Source of the DNA: Candidatus Omnitrophota bacterium | GTDB taxonomy: Bacteria > Omnitrophota > Gorgyraeia > Gygaellales > Profunditerraquicolaceae | NCBI GenBank assembly: GCA_017992455.1 | Contig: JAGOOP010000002.1 | Coordinates: forward strand, 80,912 to 144,911 | Direction: 5' to 3' | DNA length: 64,000 nt | Shown here: positions 28,279-37,592 of the stretch, one piece after another | How the letters are laid out: each line of letters begins with the position of its first letter | How positions within the stretch are numbered: the stretch's first letter is position 1 | Notes under the pieces: generated by a model | Databases searched by the model: none | What the model was told of the DNA's origin: nothing | Seen by the model: the letters and a program-made list of their open reading frames with translations, nothing else | Made by a program: the position numbers and the translations under genes

Positions 28279-29930
28279 TTCCTGTTTAATTCATGAGCCA
28301 GGCATCCCATATAGACCGAATTCGTGAATTTCCCGGCACGAAAGCACTCTTCCCTGATCAGCCCTTCTTTCTTGAATCCAACACGTTCGAACAGCTGGAT
28401 GGCCGCAATATTCTCTTGCTCCGTTCTCAAATAGACCTTATGCAGATTGAGCCTTGAGAAAGCATGATCTAATAACAGCCTCATGGCTTCGGCGGCAAAG
28501 CCTTTGCCATGGCTGTCTTTTTCACCCAATATTATGCCTAATTCGGCTTTGCGATAAAACCAGTCAATATTATGCAAGCCTAGATTCCCGATATGCCGAT
28601 CGCCTTTGCGGTCGATGATTGCCAGCACGATATCGTTCTCGCTTATCGTCATCTTGTCAAAAAAAGCCCGCATTCTTGCTTCGGAATTAGGGAAACTGCC
28701 GTTCTTCATGTACCTGGTGATGTCCTGGTCATTAAACCATTGAAAATAATCGCCGTTCAGGTCAGCAAGCTCAAGCCCCCGGAGATAACACTTTTCCCCG
28801 ATTAAAAAAGGATGGTGCAGTTTTTTATCCATCTTCCCCTCTTTGTTTATAAGATCAGATATCAATGTGTCGATCCGACGGCACGCATTGCCGTCAGATA
28901 AGAGCCAATCCGGGGCAGGCCGCATAAATCCGGAAGCGATCTCCCTGCGAATGCATAAATAAAGCTGCTGGGCGCACGTAATTATAGGGTAGCCTGCCTT
29001 TCGAGTCAATACATTTAAGTCTCTGCCCGGGACCAGATTCGGCTGAATGCTGAAAACGGGGATCCCCAGAGCTGCGGAAAAGATCAAAAGCGTGCTTGTC
29101 ATGCTCACGGCAAAATCGGAAATTATCAGGAGATCGTCAGGGTTCGCACGGTTCGTAAAAACAACCCCTTTCGCATCTTTCTTATTCAGGAAAGCAGACC
29201 TGCCGCGGGGATGCTCTTTAAAAACGGCTTTCAGGCGGATTTCACTGCGCAGGGATTTGATCGCATCGAAGAAAACAGGCAGAACATCCCTTTCATCATA
29301 GCCGAGATATTTATCCGGATAGAATTTTGATACCGGATGAGCATAGAATATAATGGCTATATCCTTCGGGCCGATCCCGTATTTTCTCCTCAGACGATCA
29401 CGGTAAGATTTCGTGCTTCTTCTTCTGCGTATTTTGTTCACGGCATCAAACTTGGGATGGCCGGTAATATGACATTTGTCGCACGGCACGCCTTCGGATA
29501 CCATTTCCGCCAGGGCTATTCGATCCATAACCGCTATTTTATCCGGAAGGAATCCGAAAGGATCGCCCGTAACAGGATCGTACAATCTGTCCGAATAATT
29601 CATCCAGGAATCTAAAATCGACAGCACGGGTATGGCATATTCTTTCCCCGCCTTGATCAAGCTATAATCAATATTGTTTTTTTCTCCAAGCAAACCCGTA
29701 ACAATGGCGTCTGGTCTGAACTTTTCAAGTATCGATCTGCATGACGCCGAACAATCCCCTGTAATTATTTTTTTGTCCGGAAGGAACTCATTATTGGCAA
29801 AAACAAGCGCGGCGTTCCTGCCGGCCATCGTAAATAAATTGTGCTTGTGTTTTTTTAAACGATTGATGACCGGCATAAGACAATCCGCGCCGCCCGCTTC
29901 GCTCGTTCCGAATAATACCTTATATCTCAT
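28275..29930 (-). CDS. Fusion protein: N-terminal GT-B-like domain with an xHP motif plus C-terminal GNAT (RimJ/RimL-type) N-acetyltransferase
   Basis: 551 aa. The N-terminal domain has FKEHPRGRS ... SMTSTLLIFSAALGIPVFS. The C-terminal roughly 170 aa read IGNLGLHNIDWFYRKAELGIILGEKDSHGKGFAAEAMRLLLDHAF...ENIAAIQLFERVGFKKEG. Confidence 0.6.
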   Translation of the reverse strand: MRYKVLFGTSEAGGADCLMPVINRLKKHKHNLFTMAGRNAALVFANNEFLPDKKIITGDCSASCRSILEKFRPDAIVTGLLGEKNNIDYSLIKAGKEYAIPVLSILDSWMNYSDRLYDPVTGDPFGFLPDKIAVMDRIALAEMVSEGVPCDKCHITGHPKFDAVNKIRRRRSTKSYRDRLRRKYGIGPKDIAIIFYAHPVSKFYPDKYLGYDERDVLPVFFDAIKSLRSEIRLKAVFKEHPRGRSAFLNKKDAKGVVFTNRANPDDLLIISDFAVSMTSTLLIFSAALGIPVFSIQPNLVPGRDLNVLTRKAGYPIITCAQQLYLCIRREIASGFMRPAPDWLLSDGNACRRIDTLISDLINKEGKMDKKLHHPFLIGEKCYLRGLELADLNGDYFQWFNDQDITRYMKNGSFPNSEARMRAFFDKMTISENDIVLAIIDRKGDRHIGNLGLHNIDWFYRKAELGIILGEKDSHGKGFAAEAMRLLLDHAFSRLNLHKVYLRTEQENIAAIQLFERVGFKKEGLIREECFRAGKFTNSVYMGCLAHELNRK

Positions 29931-31219
29931 ATTTCATTTCTCAGGCTCATTAATTCATCCCGGTGATCGATCACTTTCTGTATCGCATCGATCACAAGAT
30001 CCATGTCAGACTCAGTGTTCGGCCAGCGCACTAACGTTTCGATAAAAAAAGAGGTTTCTTCGGAAGCTTCGGCCTTTGGACAGATACCTCTGGAATATTT
30101 CGTTTTTCCGTAATACGGCGGTTTACATTCGCCGCTCTTACCGGCATATTCGGACATGTGCTGGTAAATCGGCAGATAATACAGCGGAGATCCCCAACGC
30201 GAAAAAACAGGAATACCCTCCGCACGGATAGCTTTGGCAAACAGGTCCAGGGGTATTCCGGCCTTAACAGCATCGTAAGACATATGATATAAATAATACA
30301 CGTGCGTACAATCATCGGCGACAAAAGGCGGTTCGATAAAATCAAAGGTCGCTCTTATCCGCTTTGATAAATACTGCGCCAGCCTTTGCCGCCATTCGTT
30401 GAGCATCTTCAGCTTATTCAGCTGATGATACCCGACAGCCGCTTCCATTTCGGTCATGCGCAGATTAAGCCCAAGGATATCGAGCTCAGGCCGGTGAAAG
30501 CCGGCTGTACAGTTCTCGCCGTGATTCCGCACAAGACGCAACCGAAAAGCAAGCTCTTCATCATTCGTAACAGCTATTCCGCCCTCGCCCGTCTGAATGG
30601 TTTTATGGCAATTGAGGCTGAATACCCCTATATCTTCTATGCAGCCGGCAAACCTGCCTTTATACAGGGCTCCGGGCGATTGCGCGTTGTCCCCCAATAC
30701 AAAAAGTTTATGTTTACGCGCGATCTCCATTATCGGGTCCATGTCTGCAGGATGGCCGGCAAGATGTACCACAAAAATTGCCTTTGTGCGGGATGTAATA
30801 TGCTGCTCAACCGATACAGGATCTATATTCATGGTCTGAGGATCGATATCGGCAAAAATCGGGATTGCATTGTTGAAAAGAATGGCGGTCCCTGTAGCGC
30901 ACATGGTCAGTGGCGGCAAGATAACTTCGTCCCCCGGACCTGCGCCGCATGCCGAAACAGCAGCCATCAGCGCGCAGGTTGCCGAGTTCATGCTTACGGC
31001 GAACTTGACGCCGAAATAATCCTCCCACGCCCGCTCGAGCTTTTTTACTTTCGCCCCCCCCAGGAAACCGTCATTCGCAGCGCCGAGATACGCCGAAAGT
31101 ACGCCGCTGTTCAACACTTCCATCACTTCTTTTTTTTCGTTGTCGTCTATCGTATTGTAGGCCGGGAATTTCTTGCTGATGACCGGTTTACCGCCCAATA
31201 GAGCCAATGCGCCTTTCAC
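29927..31219 (-). CDS. DegT/DnrJ/EryC1/StrS-family aminotransferase (long form)
   Basis: 430 aa. GTG start at 31219 with GGAGG 5-6 nt upstream. Contains MNSATCALMAAVSACGAGPGDEVILPP and NCHKTIQTGEGGIAVTND. Confidence 0.85.
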   Translation of the reverse strand: MKGALALLGGKPVISKKFPAYNTIDDNEKKEVMEVLNSGVLSAYLGAANDGFLGGAKVKKLERAWEDYFGVKFAVSMNSATCALMAAVSACGAGPGDEVILPPLTMCATGTAILFNNAIPIFADIDPQTMNIDPVSVEQHITSRTKAIFVVHLAGHPADMDPIMEIARKHKLFVLGDNAQSPGALYKGRFAGCIEDIGVFSLNCHKTIQTGEGGIAVTNDEELAFRLRLVRNHGENCTAGFHRPELDILGLNLRMTEMEAAVGYHQLNKLKMLNEWRQRLAQYLSKRIRATFDFIEPPFVADDCTHVYYLYHMSYDAVKAGIPLDLFAKAIRAEGIPVFSRWGSPLYYLPIYQHMSEYAGKSGECKPPYYGKTKYSRGICPKAEASEETSFFIETLVRWPNTESDMDLVIDAIQKVIDHRDELMSLRNEI

Positions 31220-31233
31220 GATGACCTCCGGCT

Positions 31234-32982
31234 TTATGACACCTTCTCCCAGGAACTCTGTCTTCTTAAAGACAATCGCAATTTAGCGATGATCTTAATC
31301 GCCTGCAATGCATCTTCTCCGGAACACCTGACCATACCTGAGCCTTCCAGGGCATCAGTCAGGTTGCTGACAGCGTTCACCATATATTCACCGCGCTTAA
31401 TGTTAAACGGCATTGCCTTCTGAAGTTTCAGCTCCTGTATGCCGCTTTCATAAAGGCTGCGTCCGCTTTTATAAAATTCCGCTATCCGGTCGTTATCCGC
31501 CAGCCGTATCCTTCCTTTACAGCCCATAATATCGATTTCCGTCGTGAAATGACACCGATAATCGCCGCAGGTCAAATGAACCGTGATCCCATTGCAAAAA
31601 TTCAATATTCCGGAAATATTCGTATCCCCCGTGTCCAAAACCCGGCTGCCGGTCGCAATGACACTTTTTACATCGCCGAAAAGGTATCTTAAAATATCGA
31701 TCGCATGTGAACCGCTGTTGAAAATACCCTTACTGTAATGGTACCGCACCAGAAAAACCCTGCCGATGATATTTTTCCGCAGATTTTCTTTAAGTCCCTG
31801 GTAAACGTCAGAATACCGCATCCAGTGATTCACGGCCAGGATCACATTTTTTTTAAGGCAAAGATTTATAGTCTGTTCACCCGTCCGTACATCCCTTACG
31901 AACGGCTTTTCGCACAATATGGCCTTAACTCCGTGTTTTACACATAGCCTGACTATGCTTGCATGCGAGTCAACGGGCGTACAGACCGAAACAATCTCGG
32001 GCTTCGTTGTTTTAAGCATTACCTCCGGATCGGAAAAAACAGCGTTTATACCCCACTTTTTTTTAAAAAGTATTCTTTTCAACGGATCGGGGTCGCAGCC
32101 GGCAACCAGATGCGTTTGAGACCAGCGCATATACGCCCCGCTATGCGTATTGACGCCGGCCATTTTTTTGTCAAGATCATACAGGGAGCCGATATTCCCC
32201 AGGCCGATGACCGCAGCGCTGTGCTTATTTTGCCTGATTCTATTGTTGATCTTCATTATCTGAGGATTCTTTTTAAGAAAACGGACTATATCCTCCCCTG
32301 TAAAAAATTCCCCTTTTCGCATAAAATGAACAAATATCTTATTGATAACAACCAGATCTTCTTTTGTATCCAGGCATATCCTGATGCCCGGCCCGGCTAT
32401 GGATCTGTCGGCGGCCAGCGTCGCTGATGTAAAATCGGGCCGGGTATAAAACGGCTCGGTGACATGCTGTCTCAGCCACGGATCGTCTGCCAATTTATCC
32501 GCCTTTTGCAGAGACCTGGTATAAAAAACCTCTACATCCAGGCCGTTGGGAAAGCTTAATGCCGCATCGGCATCCTTTCCCCATTGAAAATTCTTAACGT
32601 AATCTGTTTTCGAGGCAAGAAAAAACCTGACCATTTTATCTATGATGCCGGGATCGCTGAACGGGCAGTCACCGGTTAAATGTACAACGATATCTAATCC
32701 TGCGCTCCTGGCTGCACCCAGAACCCTGGAAAGGACATCTTCTTCGCTGCCGCGATATGACCGCACCTTAAGTCTGCGGGCTAACGCGCATATCGGGTCA
32801 TCGGTCTTATGAACGGTGGTCGCGATTACAATCTCCGATACCATATCCGACCTTTTAACCCTTCTGATAAGCCATTCCAGTAACGGCCTCTTCAGTACCG
32901 GGGCCATTACTTTTCCCGGGAAACGGCTCGATGTCATTCTCGCAACGACGACAGCGCCTATTTTTAATTTCTTCTCGGACAT
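31234..32982 (-). CDS. Fusion protein: SpsF-type cytidylyltransferase (N-terminal) plus Gfo/Idh/MocA oxidoreductase (C-terminal)
   Basis: 582 aa. The N-terminal part reads IGAVVVARMTSSRFPGKVMAPVLKRPLLEWLIRRV...LTGDCPF. The C-terminal part reads AAVIGLGNIGS...IVSVCTPVDSH...ILCEKPF. Confidence 0.8.
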   Translation of the reverse strand: MSEKKLKIGAVVVARMTSSRFPGKVMAPVLKRPLLEWLIRRVKRSDMVSEIVIATTVHKTDDPICALARRLKVRSYRGSEEDVLSRVLGAARSAGLDIVVHLTGDCPFSDPGIIDKMVRFFLASKTDYVKNFQWGKDADAALSFPNGLDVEVFYTRSLQKADKLADDPWLRQHVTEPFYTRPDFTSATLAADRSIAGPGIRICLDTKEDLVVINKIFVHFMRKGEFFTGEDIVRFLKKNPQIMKINNRIRQNKHSAAVIGLGNIGSLYDLDKKMAGVNTHSGAYMRWSQTHLVAGCDPDPLKRILFKKKWGINAVFSDPEVMLKTTKPEIVSVCTPVDSHASIVRLCVKHGVKAILCEKPFVRDVRTGEQTINLCLKKNVILAVNHWMRYSDVYQGLKENLRKNIIGRVFLVRYHYSKGIFNSGSHAIDILRYLFGDVKSVIATGSRVLDTGDTNISGILNFCNGITVHLTCGDYRCHFTTEIDIMGCKGRIRLADNDRIAEFYKSGRSLYESGIQELKLQKAMPFNIKRGEYMVNAVSNLTDALEGSGMVRCSGEDALQAIKIIAKLRLSLRRQSSWEKVS

Positions 32983-32984
32983 AT

Positions 32985-34394
32985 CTAAATATTGAGATAT
33001 TTATGCATCAACGGTTCATATCGCTGCATAAGCGGCAGCAGCTCTTCACGCGCCTCAAGGGCTCCTATATACATCATGCCGGACTTTTCCCGGTAATCCC
33101 ACCAGTCATGCACGCTCCAATCACGGCAATGATCAAGCCTGGCCACCAGATAAGAAAGCTCGTTCAACCGTGACCAGTCGAACGAGAGATCGTCTATAGC
33201 GTATTTTTTTTTGGCAATATCCCAGTATGGCGTTGCCGGAAACGGAGTAAGGATGGAATTCCCGCCGGTCTGGATCTTTTTTTTAGAGAAATTGTCAAGC
33301 ATCGCCTCGTATGTAATCTTGATATCGTCTTCTGTCTCATTTGGATGGCCTATGATAAAATTCCCGCCGGCTTTCATGCCGCAGCCGAAACAAATATCAA
33401 TGGCTTTTTGGTTCGCCTCAGGAGTGATCCTTTCCCCTTTGTATATATTCAGCATCCTGCGGGAAAAAGACTCGAATCCGAACAGTACGCATTTTACGTT
33501 CATGCTCTTTAAAACTCGTATGATCTCTTCACTGACGCAATCCACCCTTCCGTATACCACAAATTCAAGATCGTTTATCGTATCGTTATTGATGATCAAC
33601 TCGGCCATTTTTTTCAGCCGGTCCGGAAAAAGCATCATTATGTCATCACGAAATACCACGGTGCGGGCCGCTGGATTTTTATTTTTGAGAGCGACCAGAT
33701 CTGCCACTACCCATTCGGGAGAATGCAGCCTGACCTTTCGCTCCCACAGCAGATAATTTACGCAGAAATCGCAATCGTAAGGGCAACCCCTGATAGTGAA
33801 GACCGCGGCAGGGGCGCGATCCGTAAAATAGTCCCTGTTGAATGAAGGTATTATATCGATGTTCCGGATTAATGTCCGGGGAGGATTGGATTTAAGCTCG
33901 GCGTCTGACCAAAAAGAGATCCCTGCAACCCCGTTCAAATCGACCGGCGCAAACCGGCCCCGAGAGGCAAGATAACTCAATTCAAGCAGGGTCAGTTCTC
34001 CTTCCCCTCTTACACCGATGGCGCCCCTGGGCAGCGTCCTGCCAAGACAGGAAACATGCGCTCCTCCAAGCAGCAGTTTGCTCGAAGGCGAGAGCCCGGA
34101 TAATTTATCAATAACGTCGAGTGCTTCGTTATAAACAACCGACACCGAGGAAATCCCAATAAGGTCATATTTGTTTTTTTTAACCGAATCGAAAAAAACA
34201 TTCCTGTTGAGGGTCGTAAAAGTATCAACGCGTACTTTCCCGCCGCTGTATTTCTCTACGAAAGATTTCAGTGCGCCTATGCCAAGCCCGATATCCGGCC
34301 GGTCAACACCCGTTCTCACACATTGATACAGGGCCAGCTTGATCGTTCTCGGGAAACGATACTCCGGCACCTCGGCTGCGTCTTCCCTATTCAC
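32985..34394 (-). CDS. B12-binding-domain radical SAM enzyme (class-B rSAM, methylase-like)
   Basis: 469 aa. GTG start. The N-terminal part is a cobalamin-binding-like Rossmann region (YDLIGISSVSVVYNEALDVI). The rSAM motif is RGCPYDCDFC. Confidence 0.75.
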   Translation of the reverse strand: MNREDAAEVPEYRFPRTIKLALYQCVRTGVDRPDIGLGIGALKSFVEKYSGGKVRVDTFTTLNRNVFFDSVKKNKYDLIGISSVSVVYNEALDVIDKLSGLSPSSKLLLGGAHVSCLGRTLPRGAIGVRGEGELTLLELSYLASRGRFAPVDLNGVAGISFWSDAELKSNPPRTLIRNIDIIPSFNRDYFTDRAPAAVFTIRGCPYDCDFCVNYLLWERKVRLHSPEWVVADLVALKNKNPAARTVVFRDDIMMLFPDRLKKMAELIINNDTINDLEFVVYGRVDCVSEEIIRVLKSMNVKCVLFGFESFSRRMLNIYKGERITPEANQKAIDICFGCGMKAGGNFIIGHPNETEDDIKITYEAMLDNFSKKKIQTGGNSILTPFPATPYWDIAKKKYAIDDLSFDWSRLNELSYLVARLDHCRDWSVHDWWDYREKSGMMYIGALEAREELLPLMQRYEPLMHKYLNI

Positions 34395-35520
34395 ATTTAT
34401 GCTCTGTCTTTTTGATCAGGTTCATCAGGTTTCTATACTTGCCGCTTGATTGCATGCGCGGGTCTTTATTGTTTTTCATAAGATAGCCCGCATAATGCTT
34501 TGCCTGCCGTACAACGGCTTGCACTATATATTCCTTATAATCTTTCAGTATATTATACTCGTCCGACCATAAACAGTTGCAGCCGGAACAGATCGTGCCG
34601 TTCTTCTCTATTTGAGAATAATCGCGGTCTAAATGAGCCCGGCGGAAAGCTTTGCTCTTCTTATTATTCCACATCCGGCGCAATGACGTGTTCCTGACGT
34701 TGCCGAGTGACCAGCGCACATCGAAATCTACGGGACAAAGACAGACCTCTCCGTCCCAGTTGACCGTGATGTCCTCCCAGGGAACGCGACAGACCGGCCA
34801 TTTGCTTTGGGGCAGGGGCTTCTGCAGGGATTTAAGATCGATCTGGGCAGCTGTGCCGGCTTCATTCAGCATGGTCAGCAGCGGGTTCAGGAATACTTTA
34901 TCAACCGGCAATAAATACATGTTCTTCTCGAAGCGCTTTGCGTATTTTTTAAACTCGTCCGTCATTACGGCGGATATACAGACGTGAGTATAATGGCCGT
35001 TCTGTTCGTTCATTTTAAGAAAACCCAGGATATTGCGCAAAACCGTGTCGTATTTCGCCCTGACCCTGATCTTCTCGTATATCGTTTTCGATATGCCTTC
35101 AAAACTGAAAACAACCCTGTCGAGCTTCAAATGGATCAGATCACTCGCCAGGGCCCTGGTCATCCTTGTACCGTTCGTAAGCAATGAAACATGGCATCCG
35201 CTTTTTTTTGCATAAGCCACCATATCGACTATTCTGGGGTGGAGCAACGGCTCTCCCTGGACATCTAAAGTTATAGCGCATCCTATCGGTCCTATTTCAT
35301 CGATGACTTTTTTATAAACCTTCCACTCCATCAACCCCCGCGTGCGCTTCATTTGTTCCTGTATGCAATGTATACAACGCAGATTGCACAGATTCGTGGG
35401 CTCAATATGGACATGCTGCGGGAAGAACGGGGCTGTATCGCTGATGTGCTGTATATATTCGAATTGATCTAAATACCGTTTTACCTGCCGGTAAAAATTA
35501 TCCGGTGGTGCCTGTTTCAT
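34387..35520 (-). CDS. Radical SAM / SPASM-domain enzyme
   Basis: About 377 aa. ATG at 35520, in a TGATG junction with the upstream gene. Contains EPTNLCNLRCIHC. C-terminal Cys clusters read CRVPW...GEVCLCPVDF...GTICSGCNC. Confidence 0.8.
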   Translation of the reverse strand: MKQAPPDNFYRQVKRYLDQFEYIQHISDTAPFFPQHVHIEPTNLCNLRCIHCIQEQMKRTRGLMEWKVYKKVIDEIGPIGCAITLDVQGEPLLHPRIVDMVAYAKKSGCHVSLLTNGTRMTRALASDLIHLKLDRVVFSFEGISKTIYEKIRVRAKYDTVLRNILGFLKMNEQNGHYTHVCISAVMTDEFKKYAKRFEKNMYLLPVDKVFLNPLLTMLNEAGTAAQIDLKSLQKPLPQSKWPVCRVPWEDITVNWDGEVCLCPVDFDVRWSLGNVRNTSLRRMWNNKKSKAFRRAHLDRDYSQIEKNGTICSGCNCLWSDEYNILKDYKEYIVQAVVRQAKHYAGYLMKNNKDPRMQSSGKYRNLMNLIKKTEHKCE

Positions 35521-36833
35521 CAAAGATCTCCTTCCGTATCGGATTTATGGCGTTTGAAAACATTCTGCGGAGGCATCCCCGACAAATATTTCTTTATATT
35601 TCCGTCCTTAAGCGCTTTACAGCAAACACCGCAGGCAGCGTCGAAAGCAGCGAGGGTCTTCTTTATATCCTGGGGTGTATGGGAAAAGGACATGTACTGA
35701 AGGCCTCCGATAAGTACCCCCCTGCTGACCGTTTCCTGGAAAAACAGGCCTTTCAATTCGTTGTACTCGCTGCCGTCCGGGGCGACAAAATCGATCCAGA
35801 ACTTGGGGCTCAATCCTTTGACCTTGATCCATTGCCCCAGGCGATGTTCATCGACGAGCGCCTGGGTCCCGTTCTTGAGCAGGTCGCCCATCTTCCAGAA
35901 TCGGTCCTGCACCCGTTTCTGCCTCATCAAAGAGATCGTGGACCTCGCAGCCGCAAGGGACAGGGTTTCGCCGCCGTATGTGGTCGAGAAGAACATCCGG
36001 CAGGCCTCCTTCATGATCTGCCTCCTGCCCACGAGCACGGAGATCGGCAGCCCGTTTGCCATGCCCTTGCCAAAGGTCGCCAGATCAGGCGTGATGCCGT
36101 AATATTCCTGGGCGCCGCCAAGGGCAAGTCTGAAGCCTGTGACGATCTCGTCAAAAATCAGCACGGCGCCGTTTTTGCGCGCGATCTGCTTCACCCGTGC
36201 CAGAAAACCGGGCTGCGGAAGCTCCACCGATACCGGCTCCATGATGACCGCTGCGATCCTGCGGGGATGCTCGGCAAATATTTTTTCAAGCGACGCGGGA
36301 TCGTTGTACGTAAAGGGATGAATGAGTTCTTTCATCGCGCGGGGCACACCGAGATCGTGTTCGGTGCTGGCGATATACCAGTCATGCCACCCGTGATACC
36401 CGCAGACCGCAACGTGCTCCCTGCCGGTATAAATCCTGCTCAGCCGGACGGCGGCAGACGTCGCGTCGGCGCCGTTTTTTGCGAACCGCGACATATCGGC
36501 GCACGGGATACACTCCCGCAAAAGCTCAGCCACCTCGACCTCGAGAACATTCATCAACGAAAAAGTGCTGCCTTTCTTCATTTGGTCGCATACCGCCCTG
36601 ACCGTCGCGGGATAATTGTAGCCGAGCGTCACCGGCCCGAGCGCAAGCGGATAATCGATGTACTCATTCCCGTCGACATCCCAGACATGGCTCCCCTGGC
36701 CATGGTCGAGATATATCGGATACACGCCAAATGTGAACATGTTCGGGCCTTTCGACAGCGTTTGTGTCCCCCCGGGGATCACCGTGAGGGCGCGCTTCCA
36801 GTACGCAAACGATTTCGCCAGGGATCTTTTCAC
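35520..36833 (-). CDS. Class-III PLP aminotransferase (glutamate-1-semialdehyde 2,1-aminomutase-like)
   Basis: 437 aa. GTG start with AGGAGG about 8 nt upstream. Contains GYHGWHDWY and FDEIVTGFRLALGGAQEYYGITPDLATFGKGMANGLP. Confidence 0.85.
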   Translation of the reverse strand: MKRSLAKSFAYWKRALTVIPGGTQTLSKGPNMFTFGVYPIYLDHGQGSHVWDVDGNEYIDYPLALGPVTLGYNYPATVRAVCDQMKKGSTFSLMNVLEVEVAELLRECIPCADMSRFAKNGADATSAAVRLSRIYTGREHVAVCGYHGWHDWYIASTEHDLGVPRAMKELIHPFTYNDPASLEKIFAEHPRRIAAVIMEPVSVELPQPGFLARVKQIARKNGAVLIFDEIVTGFRLALGGAQEYYGITPDLATFGKGMANGLPISVLVGRRQIMKEACRMFFSTTYGGETLSLAAARSTISLMRQKRVQDRFWKMGDLLKNGTQALVDEHRLGQWIKVKGLSPKFWIDFVAPDGSEYNELKGLFFQETVSRGVLIGGLQYMSFSHTPQDIKKTLAAFDAACGVCCKALKDGNIKKYLSGMPPQNVFKRHKSDTEGDL

Positions 36834-36845
36834 GGCACGTGCCTC

Positions 36846-37592
36846 CTATTTATCATCGATATTATAATTTTCATTGCGCGCGCGCGCGGCATTAAGCGCC
36901 CGGATATCCGGATGTGAACGCACATACGATATGATATCGCCGAGCCCAAAAAGACGCCCGCGCGCGCCAAGATCCTGAATAATGCGCTCGACAACGGCAA
37001 AATCCTCGGGAGCGTCCACCGTTAAACGAAACGACGAAAGGTCTTCATCACACGGCACATTCTCGCACCTGAACGCTTCCGGATGTTCAGTCATGAAGCT
37101 CGTCACGTGCTCGCGCTGATACTTGAACGCGGCCTCTTTCCACGCGCGAGAGAGCGCGTCGAAGGTGAACGCCTCCACATCCATGCCGTCAGGATATGTC
37201 GGCGGGTTCGTATTGGACGTATAATCCGCCGTATTTTCAACCGCAGCCCGGACAACCCGTTCGATGACCGCCGGATCGATGAGAGGGCAATCCCCGGTGA
37301 TCCGCACGATCCAGCGGCACGGAAATGCGAGAGCCGCCTGATAATATCGGTCAAGCACATCGCCCTCAGAACCCCGGAAGCAGGGTATATCGGCGAGGCG
37401 GCAAAAATCCTCGATCTCGTCATCTGCCGGCTCGACTGTCGTAGCCACGACGACGCCGTCGATCCCGCGCGCGGATCGGACGCGTTGCACCAAATACCAT
37501 AAGAGCGGCCGTCCGTTCACGGGCCTGAGCACTTTGCGCGGCAGGCGCGTTGACCCCATGCGGGCCTGGATAACTGCAAGCACATCGATCAT
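36846..37592 (-). CDS. SpsF-type cytidylyltransferase (candidate CMP-NulO synthetase of the Pse-type module)
   Basis: 248 aa. Contains VLAVIQARMGSTRLPRKVLRPVNGRPLLWYLVQRV...ITGDCPLID. Confidence 0.8.
   Translation of the reverse strand: MIDVLAVIQARMGSTRLPRKVLRPVNGRPLLWYLVQRVRSARGIDGVVVATTVEPADDEIEDFCRLADIPCFRGSEGDVLDRYYQAALAFPCRWIVRITGDCPLIDPAVIERVVRAAVENTADYTSNTNPPTYPDGMDVEAFTFDALSRAWKEAAFKYQREHVTSFMTEHPEAFRCENVPCDEDLSSFRLTVDAPEDFAVVERIIQDLGARGRLFGLGDIISYVRSHPDIRALNAARARNENYNIDDK

Noticed and set aside
35505-36917. 470-aa plus-strand ORF, the longest plus-strand ORF in the track
   Set aside because: It is fully antisense to the strongly recognisable class-III aminotransferase gene. The translation is Arg/Pro/Gly-rich and low in complexity with no motif. 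This is a typical shadow ORF in GC-rich coding DNA.
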